DNA of 34,895 nucleotides from Octopus sinensis (lineage: Eukaryota). The DNA lies in the NCBI RefSeq assembly GCF_006345805.1, contig NW_021829931.1, positions 1-34,895 of the forward strand, in the 5' to 3' direction. Shown here piece after piece: positions 1 to 12,761 of the stretch; positions within the stretch are counted from its first letter, which is position 1, and the number at the start of each line of letters is the position of its first letter. Both the position numbers and the translations under genes were made by a program. The notes below the pieces were generated by a model that was not told the DNA's origin, did not search any database, and saw only the letters and a list, made by a program, of their open reading frames with translations.

Positions 1-170
1 CTCGTCCAAACAACATAACTAACAACGAAATAACAACCACAAAAACAAAACATCAACGCCAATCGCAACACAACAACAACTGCAACAATCACACCATCAA
101 AAAGCGCAATAGTAACAACAACAACAACCACAATTAAAACAACAATAGCCAACAATCCCAGAAAACTGCC
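1..170. repeat. Degenerate (AAC)n-rich low-complexity tract
   Basis: Recurrent CAA/AAC units. Confidence 0.7.
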
Positions 171-499
171 CGTTAACCATCTTTCCTCCCTGGTCGGCCA
201 TAGTTTTGTCACTGTTTATAGTAAAATAGCAGCGAAAGTAGTGAATAAATAAATAAACAGCTTTTCATCTGACTAACGGCAGCGGCAGTAGCAGGAGGAG
301 GAGAGGAGGAGGAAGGAAAGGAAACAGTAGGAGTGCTGGTGGTGGGTGTTTAATTGTGAGCGATATCCCCGTCAAGTGTGAACACTTCATCAATTTTCCA
401 AAATGGCCAAATTTCTTCTGGCAAAACTGTTGAATGTCCGAATAAATCATCGACAGCTTTATTGCGGAATGGTTTAACGTATCAGGCTTTCAGGCTTAG

Positions 500-800
500 T
501 CACACACAAACACACCCCACACACACACACACCACACACACACTCACACATTTACATATATATATTAATATATATATAGATGTATGCTGAACAATGTATA
601 CATGCATACATACATATATAAATATTATATATATATAATATATATATATGTATGTATGTATGTATTGTATAATATGTATATATGTATATATGCATGTTAC
701 TATATATATGTATATATATATATATATATGAGTGTGTGTGTATGTATGTATATATATACACGCACACATATATATAAATATTTACATACACACACATACC
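500..800. repeat. Compound (CA)n/(TA)n/(TATG)n microsatellite
   Basis: Direct reading; source of the YI/CV-type spurious ORFs. Confidence 0.95.
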
Positions 801-959
801 ATTTATTTTCTTGATTAATCTTGTTGATCGATTTAAGTGATTGTTCCATTAGTCTGTATATTTTCTTAAATATTTAACGATAGATTTATTACCATTTTAT
901 CTCTCTCTCCCCCCATTCCTCTCTCGCTCTACCACTCTCTTTCTCTCTGTATGTATAAA

Positions 960-997
<38 letters not shown>

Positions 998-999
<2 letters not shown>

Positions 1000-1136
1000 C
1001 GTTTTGGGATTGGTTTGCAAGAGTCATTCACTTTTAGTGCCTTGTAATTTAACACACGCACCGGTGAAATTTCCACTCATTTTTTTCCTAAAATTTTGTT
1101 GCGCGCCTTGCGACCTTTTCAATAGTTGTTGAATAG
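998..1136 (-). mobile_element. Short AT-rich repeat remnant beside (TA)n, probably a Penelope-like tail, with a decayed hammerhead
   Basis: Minus strand reads TTGAAAA-GGTC-GCAA-GGC; GACCTTTTCAA (1112-1122) is identical to the hammerhead core/helix II of the Penelope element at 32055-32065. Confidence 0.35.
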
Positions 1137-1139
1137 TAT

Positions 1140-1208
1140 ATATACACTCATATATATAAGTATATAGGTATGTATACGTATACGTGTATCTGTGTGTATA
1201 TATATATA

Positions 1209-1255
<47 letters not shown>

Positions 1256-1491
1256 GTAATGTATATATATGTAATATATATGTATAATATATATGTTATG
1301 TATGTATGTATGTATGTATGTATGTATGTATGTATATTAGTTTCGGTTCTCTATACTCACTCTGTTTATAGCTTATATATTTTGAATATATCCGTATAGT
1401 TTCACTTTCCCTTTCTTTCCCTCCTCTCTCTCTCTCTCTCTCTCTCTCTCCTTTCTTCCTTCCTTACTCTATTATTCTACTTTACTATCCA

Positions 1492-1548
<57 letters not shown>

Positions 1549-1550
1549 GA
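1140..1550. repeat. (TA)n, (TATG)n and (CT)n microsatellites
   Basis: Direct reading. Confidence 0.9.
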
Positions 1551-1854
1551 AGCACCTGTCTTCATATTCCCTGCCTCTGTCTATCTTGTCAACTTTGGTT
1601 GTTCTCGACATCAATACCCTGTCGCCCACACAACTCCCTCCCTGTCAGTCAGTGTTTTAATGACTGGTTCTGCTTAGAGGGGGGAGGAGAGAGATAGAGA
1701 GTGGGGAGTATGAGAGGGAGCAATAAATATCAAGTGTTGATGATATATAATATTGATGAGACGCTCTCGTGCACAAACCATCATGTCATCCTCACCTGTC
1801 TTTTAGCTACCTCGGAAGGCAAGGATCTGGGCACCACAGCAGCCAATATACGTT

Positions 1855-2555
<701 letters not shown>

Positions 2556-2974
2556 CGGTTTAAAGAACAAGACTTGAAGCTCATTATTATTATCATTAAC
2601 ATTTACCAATTCACTCTGCCACTTCATTCCACAAGAAAAGGAACAAGATAGCGAGTTTGTAGAAATAGCAGACAAATACCTCAAGCCACAGTCTAGGAAG
2701 GACACATTGACCAATATCGACATAGTGTTTTCTTTTTTGCGACAGTTTAGATGTGAAACTCCGTGTTGAATGAGAGCTACTTTGGTGGCGGGGCGGGAGG
2801 AGGATAATTTTGCCCACAAACCGGTTCACAAACAAAACCGGTTCAGAGCAGATGCAGGGCAAGTCGCTGATAAGGTCACAAGCTGTGACGAAAGGATTCT
2901 CTTGAATCAGCTGGCTGATTGAAGGAAACTTCATCAAAAGTAATTAGTTAAGCAGTTAATTACTCAACGAATTA

Positions 2975-3203
2975 ACGGCGATGATGATGATGAGGAGGAG
3001 GAGGAGGGAGAGAGGGAGGAGGGATAGAGGGATGAGGGAGAGAGGGAGGAGGAGGAGGGGGAGAGGAGAGCGAGGAGAGGGAGGAGGCGGAGGAAGAGGG
3101 GAGGAGGCGGAGGAGGGGAGGAGGAGGAGGGAGAGAGGGAGGAGGCGGAGGAAGAGGGGAGGAGGCGGAGGAGGAGGAGGAGGAGGAGGATGACGATGAT
3201 GAT
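2975..3203. repeat. (GGA/GAG)n polypurine tract bounded by (GAT)n
   Basis: Direct reading. Confidence 0.9.
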
Positions 3204-3990
3204 AAGGTTCCATATTGGCAGCATAAGATCAAAGCTTGCTTACAAAAAAAAACTAGCAGACTAAAGTTCTTCAAAATGGTTTTGACCATAAATGCAGAGT
3301 CTGCGACACATTTGACTAAGCAATGGACCATCTCATCTCAGGATGTCCTGTGCTGACACCAAGCAAATACAAAAATTGCCATGATAGGGTACGATAGTAT
3401 TTACATTGGAAAATATGTGAGCACTACAAAATCATCACTTCTGCTTACTGGTATGAACATCATCCTGGGCCAGTCGTTGAAGGTAAAAATAACACTATCC
3501 TGTGGGATTTTCTAGTCAACACTGACAGAACGATCCAGGCTAATTGACCAGACATAATTATTAAAGACAAGGAAGAAAATACTTGTAGACAAATAGATGT
3601 AAGTATTCTCACTGATAAAAATATATCTGTAAAGGAATTTGACAAATGAAGTAAATATAAGGACCTGGATATTAAAATACAAAAGATGTGGCATCTTAAA
3701 GCGAAGCTGTTCCTGTTATTGTAGGTGCACTAGGCATGATAAAAAAGGAATGTCAGAAACATCTAGATAATATCCCAGGAGAACCATGTCTCAGAGAAAT
3801 CCAAAAGATTGGGTTGACAAATCCTATCCATTTAAATGTCTGTGCTGTATTACACGAAGATATTTCGCTACTGCTCCTGCTATTTCTCTTCCCTTCGCTT
3901 TCAGTCATATTGCAACATCTCTTAACCTTCACTCACCCCAGGATACTGGGTGTGTCTCGGCAAGTGACTGTAACAAATATGCAGATTAAA
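3204..3990 (+). mobile_element. R4/Dong-clade non-LTR retrotransposon 3' end, family A, copy 1 (decayed)
   Basis: Broken frames give CRVC...MDHLISGC (CCHC knuckle), HD..YLHWKIC, ILWDF...TDRTIQAN.PDIIIKD...IDVS (PD..D restriction-like endonuclease) and VIVGALGMIKK; 3' UTR follows to about 3990. Confidence 0.85.
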
Positions 3991-4632
3991 ATCGCCACGA
4001 TAGGGTAAGACAGTATTTACACTGGAAAATATGTAAACACTACAAAATCAACACTCCTGCTTACTGGTATGAACATCATCCTGAGCCAATCGTTGAAGGT
4101 AAAAATGTCAATAACCTCAGGGATTTTCCAGTCAACACTGACAGAAAGATCCAGGCTTATCGACCAGACATAATTATTAAAGACAGGGAAGAAAATACTT
4201 GTAGACAAATAGATGTAAGTGTTCTCACAGTTAAAAATATATCTGTAAAGGAATTTGACAAACGAAGTAAATATAAGTACCTGTAAATTGAAATACAAAA
4301 GGTGTGGCATTTTAAACGAGAACTGTTGCTGTTATTGTAGGTGCACTAGGAATGATTAAAAAAAAGGAATGTCAGAAACATCTAGATAAGGTCCCAGGAG
4401 AACCATGTCTCAGAGGAATCCAAAAGATTGTGCTGACAAGTACTGCCTACATCCTTAAAAAAACCCTATCCATTTAAATATCTGTGTTGTATAACATGAA
4501 GATACTTTGCTACTTTCTCTCCCCGCAAGCTTTCAGCCATACTTTAACATCTCATAATCCTCATTCACACCCAGAACACTGGGTGTGTCTCAGCAAGTGA
4601 CTGTAACAAACATACAGATTAAAAGTAAAACG
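3991..4632 (+). mobile_element. R4/Dong-clade LINE 3' end, family A, copy 2 (5'-truncated, tandem to copy 1)
   Basis: Colinear with about 3377-3990 (e.g. ACTGGTATGAACATCATCCTG, GGGTGTGTCTC.GCAAGTGACTGTAACAAA); ends into (AAT)n. Confidence 0.85.
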
Positions 4633-4685
4633 ATAATAATAATAATGATAAAAAAATTTTTTTTTAATAATAATAATAATAATAA

Positions 4686-4770
<85 letters not shown>

Positions 4771-4788
4771 TGATGATAATAATAATAA

Positions 4789-4841
<53 letters not shown>

Positions 4842-4843
4842 TG

Positions 4844-4873
<30 letters not shown>
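4633..4873. repeat. (AAT)n array
   Basis: Direct reading. Confidence 0.95.
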
Positions 4874-4874
<1 letters not shown>

Positions 4875-5377
4875 GGTCACAGAAAAGGTCTCAGAAAACG
4901 AGAAAGCAACCATACTCTGGGATATGCCGATACACACAGATAGTGAAATTAAGGCCAACAGACCAGATATAGCTGTCAGAGATCATGAAGAAAAAAAATG
5001 CTTTCTAATTGATGTATCAATACCGGCGGATGACAACGTGTCTCTAAAAGAAATGGAGAAACTTTCAAAATACAAAGACCTGGAAATAGAGGTAACCAGA
5101 ATGTGGAATCTAAAAACAGAAACAATTCCTATCATAGTAGGTGCCTTAGGCATGATAAAAAAATATTCAGACAAATACATAACAAAAACACCAGGACTTA
5201 CAAACACATATAACATACAGAAAATTGCACTACTAGGCACTGCACACATCCTACGCAGAACACTTTCCATACAATAACCATCAGAGCGTCACAACAAATC
5301 ACAGCACATACCCAAAGCACACAGAGCTGCGTTCGGTAGTGAAGTGAAAGCACGATATAAAAATAAAACTACTGAAT
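4874..5377 (+). mobile_element. R4/Dong-clade LINE 3' end, family B, with an open REL-endonuclease frame (4924-5277) and 3' UTR
   Basis: ILWDMPIHTDSEIKANRPDIAVRD...CFLIDVSIP...KEMEKLSKYKDLEIEVTRMWNLKTETIPIIVGALG; (AAT)n on both sides. Confidence 0.9.
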
Positions 5378-5515
<138 letters not shown>

Positions 5516-6209
5516 CACGGGAGACACGCTCTCTCCACTCCTTATTTGCTTGGCAATGCCACGTTTATCTGACATGCTAAACAGAAAAGGCTGTGGATAC
5601 AACTGTTACGGCAAAATCATCAGCCATCTCTTGTATATGTATGATCTAAAACTGTACGCTACAAATGTTAAACGACTGGTAACATTACTACAAACAGTAC
5701 ATGGATTTACCAAAGAAATAAAAATGAAATTTGTCATAGAAAAATGTGCCAAATCAACCTTGAAAAGAAGAAAACTAGCTAAGAGTAGCAACATCACACT
5801 AGATAAAGCAAATGAAATAAGAGAATTAGACCAAAGCCAGACATACAAATACTTAGGAATCAATGAACTAGATACGATGCAACACACACAAATGAAAGAG
5901 AAGATAAAGAAAGAATACTATAGACGAGTTAGATTAATACCGAAAACAGAGCTCAATGCGGAAAACAAGATAATGTGTAAGAACACTCTAATCGTCCCAG
6001 TTATAAGTTACAGCTATAATATCCTTAACTGGACTTTAAATGAACTAATCAAAAAAGATAGGAAAACCAGAAAAATAATGACAGAATTTAGGATGCATCA
6101 CCCAAAATCTGACATAGAAAAGTTATATATACAACGTGTCGAAGGTGGTAGAGGCCTTATACAGCTAGAAAACTATTACGAAATAACCACCATAGGACTA
6201 CAGAAATAG
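5516..6209 (+). pseudogene. R4/Dong-type reverse transcriptase fragment (inactive, YMDD to YMYD)
   Basis: GDTLSPLLICLA, ISHLLYMYDLKLY, YKYLGI, HPKSDIEKLYIQRVEGGRGL; begins abruptly after (AAT)n and is truncated at the 3' side. Confidence 0.9.
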
Positions 6210-6625
6210 ATCCGATTTTGTTATTTGATTGTTCCAGAAAAGTTGCAGAAAAATATAACTGAGTTTTGAAGTTTAATCAATTCTAACTAATCAGAAAATA
6301 GGATTTGGAGCTGCCATTTTCTGCATGATAGCTGTATATCACAAAATGAAAGCAAAATCATTACGTTGAGGATTTTTTATTAAACAGACGAAAGCAAAGC
6401 ATTACGATGACCAAAGTTGTAAGAACTTCTGAAGTTTTAATGAATAAAGTCACGTGAAACAGTCGAACAGACATGGAAATAATTTTAAAAAGAAAAACTC
6501 CTCAACGAAGTTTTTTGGCGAAAAATTGCACAAATCTGTCCTGATTAAGAGGTCTGTCTGTCAGGGAAGGCATGCCCTGACATGGAATAAATAAATATTT
6601 ATAGAAGACATTCTATTGTAAGAAT

Positions 6626-6721
6626 TGGGCTATAGTAGAAGACACTTGCCCAAAATGACACGTAGTGGGACTGAACCCGGAACCATGTGGTTGGAAAGCA
6701 AGCTTCTTACCACACAGCCAC
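6626..6721 (-). mobile_element. tRNA-derived SINE (family 1), head fragment
   Basis: Minus strand TGGCTGTGTGG (A-box-like), GGGTTCAGTCCC (B-box-like), TTGGGCAAGTGTCTTCTACTATAGC; matches the copy at 34636-34793. Confidence 0.8.
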
Positions 6722-7119
6722 AACTTTATGCATATACATTTATAAGTGTATGTATGTATGTATGTATGTATGTATGTATGTATGTATGTATGTATACTTA
6801 TATATATATATTACAGTAATGCAAATAACAATATTTGCATGGGTTTCTCCTTCCTCGAGCTCCTTGATGGGATTTCAGATTCATTCGTCAGAAATTTAAG
6901 AATAATTTTGATGTTCAGATCGGATTCCGGCCGCCATCTTATCTTCCCATTTTATCTTTCAAGACGACTAGAATTATTTCTGTTGCAGACAAACATGCAT
7001 TTGTGTCACAGAAAGAAAGACTTGCAGTGTTTCTTGGGGGGACTTCGATAAGAACTGGATGTCCGATAATATCACATAAGGGTTTGCTATCATTAAGAGA
7101 TCAAAATGATAGTCTGTCA

Positions 7120-7760
<641 letters not shown>

Positions 7761-7889
7761 AATATATGATTTATATGAGTGTGCCCCACACATAAACTAT
7801 AAATATTATAATTATTAATTATGCCTATAATCTCTACTCTGTAGATGAAAATGTGTAATTACAATTAATTATAACTAATTATAAAGAAC

Positions 7890-8435
7890 GGTGAGAAGTG
7901 GAGGGGATTCTTGAGGGTTGAACGTGTTGCGAGAGACAGGGCTGGATGTCACTGCCAGAGCAGACCCTGGGGTGTTGAATACAATACGGGTGATGAAGGC
8001 CGAGAGACAAATGTTTTCTGCTTTTCGTGTTTTAAGGTCAACGAGAGGCAGTGACGGGGTCTGTTGTTGTTGTTGTTGTTGTTGTTGTCGAAGAAGCAGA
8101 GAGGGGTACATTCGCGGTCCCTGTTTAGGGAGCCAGGGCAGATGTAGTGTTAGGAACCCAAGTTTCATGTGCATGCAGGTTCGCTGTGGAATGTAAGATA
8201 GGAATGAGGTTGTAGGGGGGAGAAAGGGCTGACAGAAGGTAACCCTGGGGTACACCCAAGAATCGAAAATGTGGAAACAAGGAAGTGCTCCGTCTGCACA
8301 GGTCCGACAGGAAGCGACCACGCCCTCGGAAAACGGATGGAGTCCATTGGCCAGTGGTTTTGCCAGCCGATTTGCATACCGGGTACTATTAAAACCTTTG
8401 CTGACATCGAGTGCAAGAATACAAGTTTCACCGTG
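7890..8435 (-). mobile_element. Highly decayed CR1/L2-group LINE reverse transcriptase relic with an internal (CAA)9
   Basis: Across frameshifts: HGETCILALDVSKGFN...LAKPLANGLHP (cf. GE..VALDISKAFD.VWH..LL.KL..YG), FLSD, LGVPQG.LLS (8242-8256). Confidence 0.6.
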
Positions 8436-9133
8436 TTAAAGCCTACAGTCCAGGGATGAGGAATTTAAGTGAATAGATCGCCAGTAGATGTCGCTTTACA
8501 ACCGATTGCTTATTAAAGATGGAGAGATAATTAAAGTGTTGCAAAAGATTTTTATTTATGGTTGAGTTCATTGAACTTGCGAGAATGAATGTATGTATGT
8601 ATGACTGAATGGGTGGGTGGGTGGATGGGCGGATGAATGGCGGGTGAGATGGATCAGTTTATGCATATATGCATGTGTATGAGTGTGCGTGTGTGTGTAT
8701 GTGTGTGCGTGTGTGTGTATGTGTGTGCGTGTGTGTGAGTGTGTGTTGTGTGTGTGTATGTGTGTGTGTGTATGAAGTGTGCGTGTGTGGTGTGTGTATT
8801 TGAGTTAGACTCTGTGTGTGTGCGTGTGTTTGTTTCTTTGTGTGTGTGTGTGTGTGTGTAAACAAGATATTTGTTTTCTGTGCTGGGTGTGTCGACATTT
8901 CACTATTCCCAAACTTAGTTTTCAAACTGATTAAAACGTTGCCCAGATAATTATCTTTTCTTACTTTAAGACATCAATTAACATTTCTGCCAAATCTCAC
9001 CATATTTGGCACGTGGCTCACTTCCCCAGTCCCTGATAACCATTCTCCATATTACCTAATTAACCGATACAATCTTTGTTTGTTTGTTTGTTTGTTTGTT
9101 ACAGTAATAAGTTACAGTAATAAATTAACATGT

Positions 9134-9385
9134 GGAGGCGCGTGGCTTAGTGGTTAGGGTGTCAGCGTCATGATTGTAAGATTGTGGTTTCCATTCCTGG
9201 CCGGGCGACGCGTTGTGTTCTTGAGCAAAACACTTCATTTCACGTTGCTCCAGTCCACTCAGCTGGCAAAAATGAGTAACGCTGCGATGGACTGGCGTCC
9301 CGTCCAGCTGGGGAACACATACGCCATTGAAACCGAGAAACCGGGCCCATCAGCCTGGCTAGGCTTTAAAAGGGCGCATTTATTA
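9134..9385 (+). mobile_element. tRNA-derived SINE (family 2), full length
   Basis: A box TGGCTTAGTGG, degenerate B box GTTTCCATTCC, central TTGAGCAAAACACTT...GTCCACTCAGCTG, tail GCTGCGATGGACTGGCGTCCCGTCCAG; near-identical copy at 11379. Confidence 0.85.
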
Positions 9386-9464
9386 CTTTTATTATAAATT
9401 AACATAAATCTGTATTAAATATGGCTATAGCTCTGTTCAAACAAAAACAGAAAAATTTCCAACA

Positions 9465-9473
9465 TACACACAC

Positions 9474-9504
<31 letters not shown>

Positions 9505-9618
9505 CGTACATACATACATACATACATACATACATACATACATACATACATACATACATACATACATACATACATACATACATACATACATACATACATA
9601 CATACATACAAACACACA
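9465..9618. repeat. (CATA)n array
   Basis: Direct reading. Confidence 0.95.
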
Positions 9619-9620
9619 TA

Positions 9621-10222
9621 TTGAATCATCCCATGAATACTGCGTATTTTTTTCAATTGCATGAACTAAAAGTCGGAGGGAGACGGAATAAACTACCTGC
9701 ATCAACTTGCTATAAAAGCAGGTAGTAATTTTACCCTGTCCTTATTCTTAGGGCAAGTTCTGAAAAGTGCAGTTTGATTTTAACAGTTATTTTTTCAAAG
9801 CCATAATGGAAGTGACAAAGGAGCATATTTGGCATATTTTGCTTTATGAGTTCAATAAAGATAACAATGCAACAGAAAGTGCAAGGAATATTAATACAGT
9901 ATATGGGGATTGGACAATTAGTGTAAGCCAGTGTCAATGGTGGTTTCAGAAATTCTGAGCCAGAAACTACAGCCTAGAAGACAAGCCTCGTCCTGGAAGA
10001 TCTGTAGAGCTCGACGAAGAGATCCTGCAAACCCTGGTGGAACAAAATCCCATCGTAACTTCTGAGGAAATAGCAGAGAAGCTTGGATTTGGTCATTCAA
10101 CCATTCATCGACACCTGAGTGCCGTTGGAAAACGACCATCTTTGGTTTCAAGACGAAAGATGTTCTTCCATCAGGATAATGCTCGGTTACATACAGCGGG
10201 GATAATATTCCAAAGGCTGGGG
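9621..10222 (+). mobile_element. Mariner (DD34D-type) transposon relic, internally deleted and 3'-truncated
   Basis: TA followed by TIR-like TTGAATCATCCCATGAATACTGCG; ATG at 9806 gives MEVTKEHIWHILLYEF...WFQKF*..SLEDKPRPGR...IAEKLGFGHSTIHRHL, then jumps to KRPSLVSRRKMFFHQDNARLH. Confidence 0.85.
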
Positions 10223-10305
10223 CATTAGTTATCAGTTATGGTGAGGAGGGGGGTAACAAACACAGACACAAAGACACACACACATAAATATATACATAAA
10301 TATAC

Positions 10306-10395
10306 AATAGTAGATGACACTTGCGCAAGATGCCACGCAGCGGGACTGAACCCGAAACCGTGTGGCTGGGAAGCAAGTTTCTTACCACACAGCCA
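10306..10395 (-). mobile_element. SINE family 1 head fragment
   Basis: GACACTTGCGCAAGATGCCACGCAGCGGGACTGAACCC...CTTACCACACAGCCA. Confidence 0.8.
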
Positions 10396-11378
10396 ATTTT
10401 TTTTAAAATGATCTCTTAGAAAACGTATAACACTCGAAGAAGCCTGATTATGTTAAAGAAATCGATAAAGTCTTCGATTTCACCCCATAGTTAAGGTTCT
10501 TTAAAGGGTAACTCACGAACGCTCATCGTAGACAGACACAATAATATGAAAGATGAATGAGAAAACAAATAAATAAATAATCAGATGGTTGGAGGACAGA
10601 AAACAACAAACAAAACACAAAAAAAAAAAATTGACAAAAACAACCCCTTTAAACCATTTTGTGTACTCTCACCTCTTCCACCTCCTCCCCTACCTCTTTC
10701 TTCTTCTCCTCCTCCTCCTCCTCCTCCTGTATGACCCACACTTAGAAAATGAACGTTGTCGTCTGTAAGCAAGTATTTGCAACGTATTTCAATTAAATGG
10801 TTTCGTTCACGCTTGATATCAAATATTAGGACATTCGTAAGAGATATGGGGAGTTGATAGCGCCACCACTACCACCACTACCACCACCACCACCGTCATC
10901 ACCATCATCACCACCGCTACCACCACCACCATCACCACTAAATAAAAATTAGTACCAAGCGTTTGTTTGCTTCTGTAAGCAATACAACGAATACAAACAA
11001 CCCGATAAAAAAAAATGAACTGCCTCTGCTGCTACTACTACTATTACCACTACTACTACTTCTACCACTTCTACTACTGCTGCTACTACTGCTGCTACTA
11101 CTACTACATGATACGTCATACGACAGTGAGTGATTAATTACTGTCGGTAACTTTAATAAGTCAAGAAAAAAATTAGAAAGAAAACAAAGCAATCAAAATA
11201 TTGTCGTCAGAGAAAAAATTTGGATAAAAGTGAAATATATCCAGTTTAATTTGGCTGATTCCAGTAAACTTTTCCTTATTGGGTGTAGTGGATGGGGGTG
11301 GTGCATATATATATATATAAGTATGCATGTAGTTTCAGCTCAAGGGCTGTGGCTGTACATTTATGTATGTGTGTTTGT

Positions 11379-11730
11379 GGAGGCGCGTGGCTTAGTGGTT
11401 AGGGTGTCAGCATCATGATCGTAAGATTGTGGTTTCCATTCCTGGACCGGGCGACGCGTTATCTTCTTGAGCAAAACACTTCATTTCACGTTGCTCCAGT
11501 CCACTCAGCTGGCAAAAATGAGTGACGCTGCGATGGACTGGCGTCCCGTCCAGCTGGGGAACACATACCCTATAGAAACCGGGAAACCGGGCCCATGAGC
11601 CTGGCTAGGCTTTAAAAGGGCGCATTTATTTACTGCGTTGGACTGGCGTCCAGTCCAGCTAGGGGGAACACACGCGCCACAGAAACCGGGAAACCGGGCT
11701 CATGAGGCTGGCTAGGCTTTAAAAGGGCGA
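11379..11730 (+). mobile_element. SINE family 2, full length, plus a tandem second copy of its 3' tail (about 11633-11730)
   Basis: Colinear with 9134-9385; tail CTGCG.TGGACTGGCGTCC...GGCTAGGCTTTAAAAGGGCG occurs twice. Confidence 0.85.
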
Positions 11731-11735
11731 AAAAA

Positions 11736-11813
<78 letters not shown>

Positions 11814-12414
11814 GCACACATATATATATATATGTGTATGTATATATATATATATATATATACATACACATATATATATTGATACGGATTATTCAAAAGT
11901 TTAACCGATACCTGGGTTATCTAGCGCCCCTCGCCAACAAACGGCGGCACACACATAGGCTAGTATACACATACATGCTTTTAGGTAGGTATTGTCTCGC
12001 CCCTAAAAAATACACCCTGTATTCTTAAAATTTTCAGAACATTAGTTTTGGTCACACAGAACATCTCCACACCCCTTGTTCTCATTAATTCCTCACCTAC
12101 TAGATTTGATCGCGGCCTGACCTGGATTTATTCCAACGGACCCTTTGTCGGCCCCCACCAACACCCCGATTTCAACGTACATTGATAAACACTTTACCCA
12201 TGGGCTCTTAAGGAGCGTCCTCGTTCGAATTGCATTGCTGCGCCTCTGTTTTGTTTTGTTCTGACAACGTAATTCCTGGTTTTTCCTGAAGAGAAAGCTG
12301 CAATATGGTATCCTTATTAATCAGAATTTGGAAAATTGTGGCCTTTGAAACATGTGTAGAATGTAATAAAAGGAATTCTGTACAATCTTCGTTCAACTCC
12401 ATTTCTTCCATTCA

Positions 12415-12502
<88 letters not shown>

Positions 12503-12615
12503 ATATATATATGTATATATGTATAACTAATGAAGGATAAAATTTTTTTCGGGAAAGAATTTTTTATCAATGGCCAGCATATCAAAAATACCTTTAAAGG
12601 TTAAATTTATAAATA

Positions 12616-12673
12616 ATTTACAAGATAAGGGCAAAAGAAATTAGAATTTTTCTTTTGCCCTTATCTTGTAAAT
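12616..12673. repeat. Perfect 25-bp inverted repeat with an 8-nt loop
   Basis: ATTTACAAGATAAGGGCAAAAGAAA (12616-12640) and its exact reverse complement (12649-12673). Confidence 0.95.
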
Positions 12674-12678
12674 GTATG

Positions 12679-12759
<81 letters not shown>

Positions 12760-12761
12760 AT

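Noticed and set aside
6210-6600. Possible Tc1-like 5' region (TKVVRTSEV)
   Set aside because: Similarity is too weak and no TIR pair was found.
6885-6891. CTGACGA hammerhead core (minus strand) followed by GAAA
   Set aside because: No G10.1-C11.1 helix II and no helix III or NUH.
6930-6940. Perfect YY1-like AAGATGGCGGC (minus strand), a possible start or promoter
   Set aside because: The ATG frame closes after 13 codons, there is no CpG-island context, and a single motif is insufficient.
7875-8321. Poly-Q ORF resembling a transcription factor
   Set aside because: Better explained as a LINE RT relic plus (CAA)9.
9134-9200. tRNA gene-like A/B boxes here and at the other SINE heads
   Set aside because: They continue into SINE bodies and lack a full cloverleaf, so they are not tRNA genes.
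12527-12560. CTAATGA...GAAA hammerhead-like spacing
   Set aside because: Helices cannot be paired convincingly and there is no cleavage triplet.
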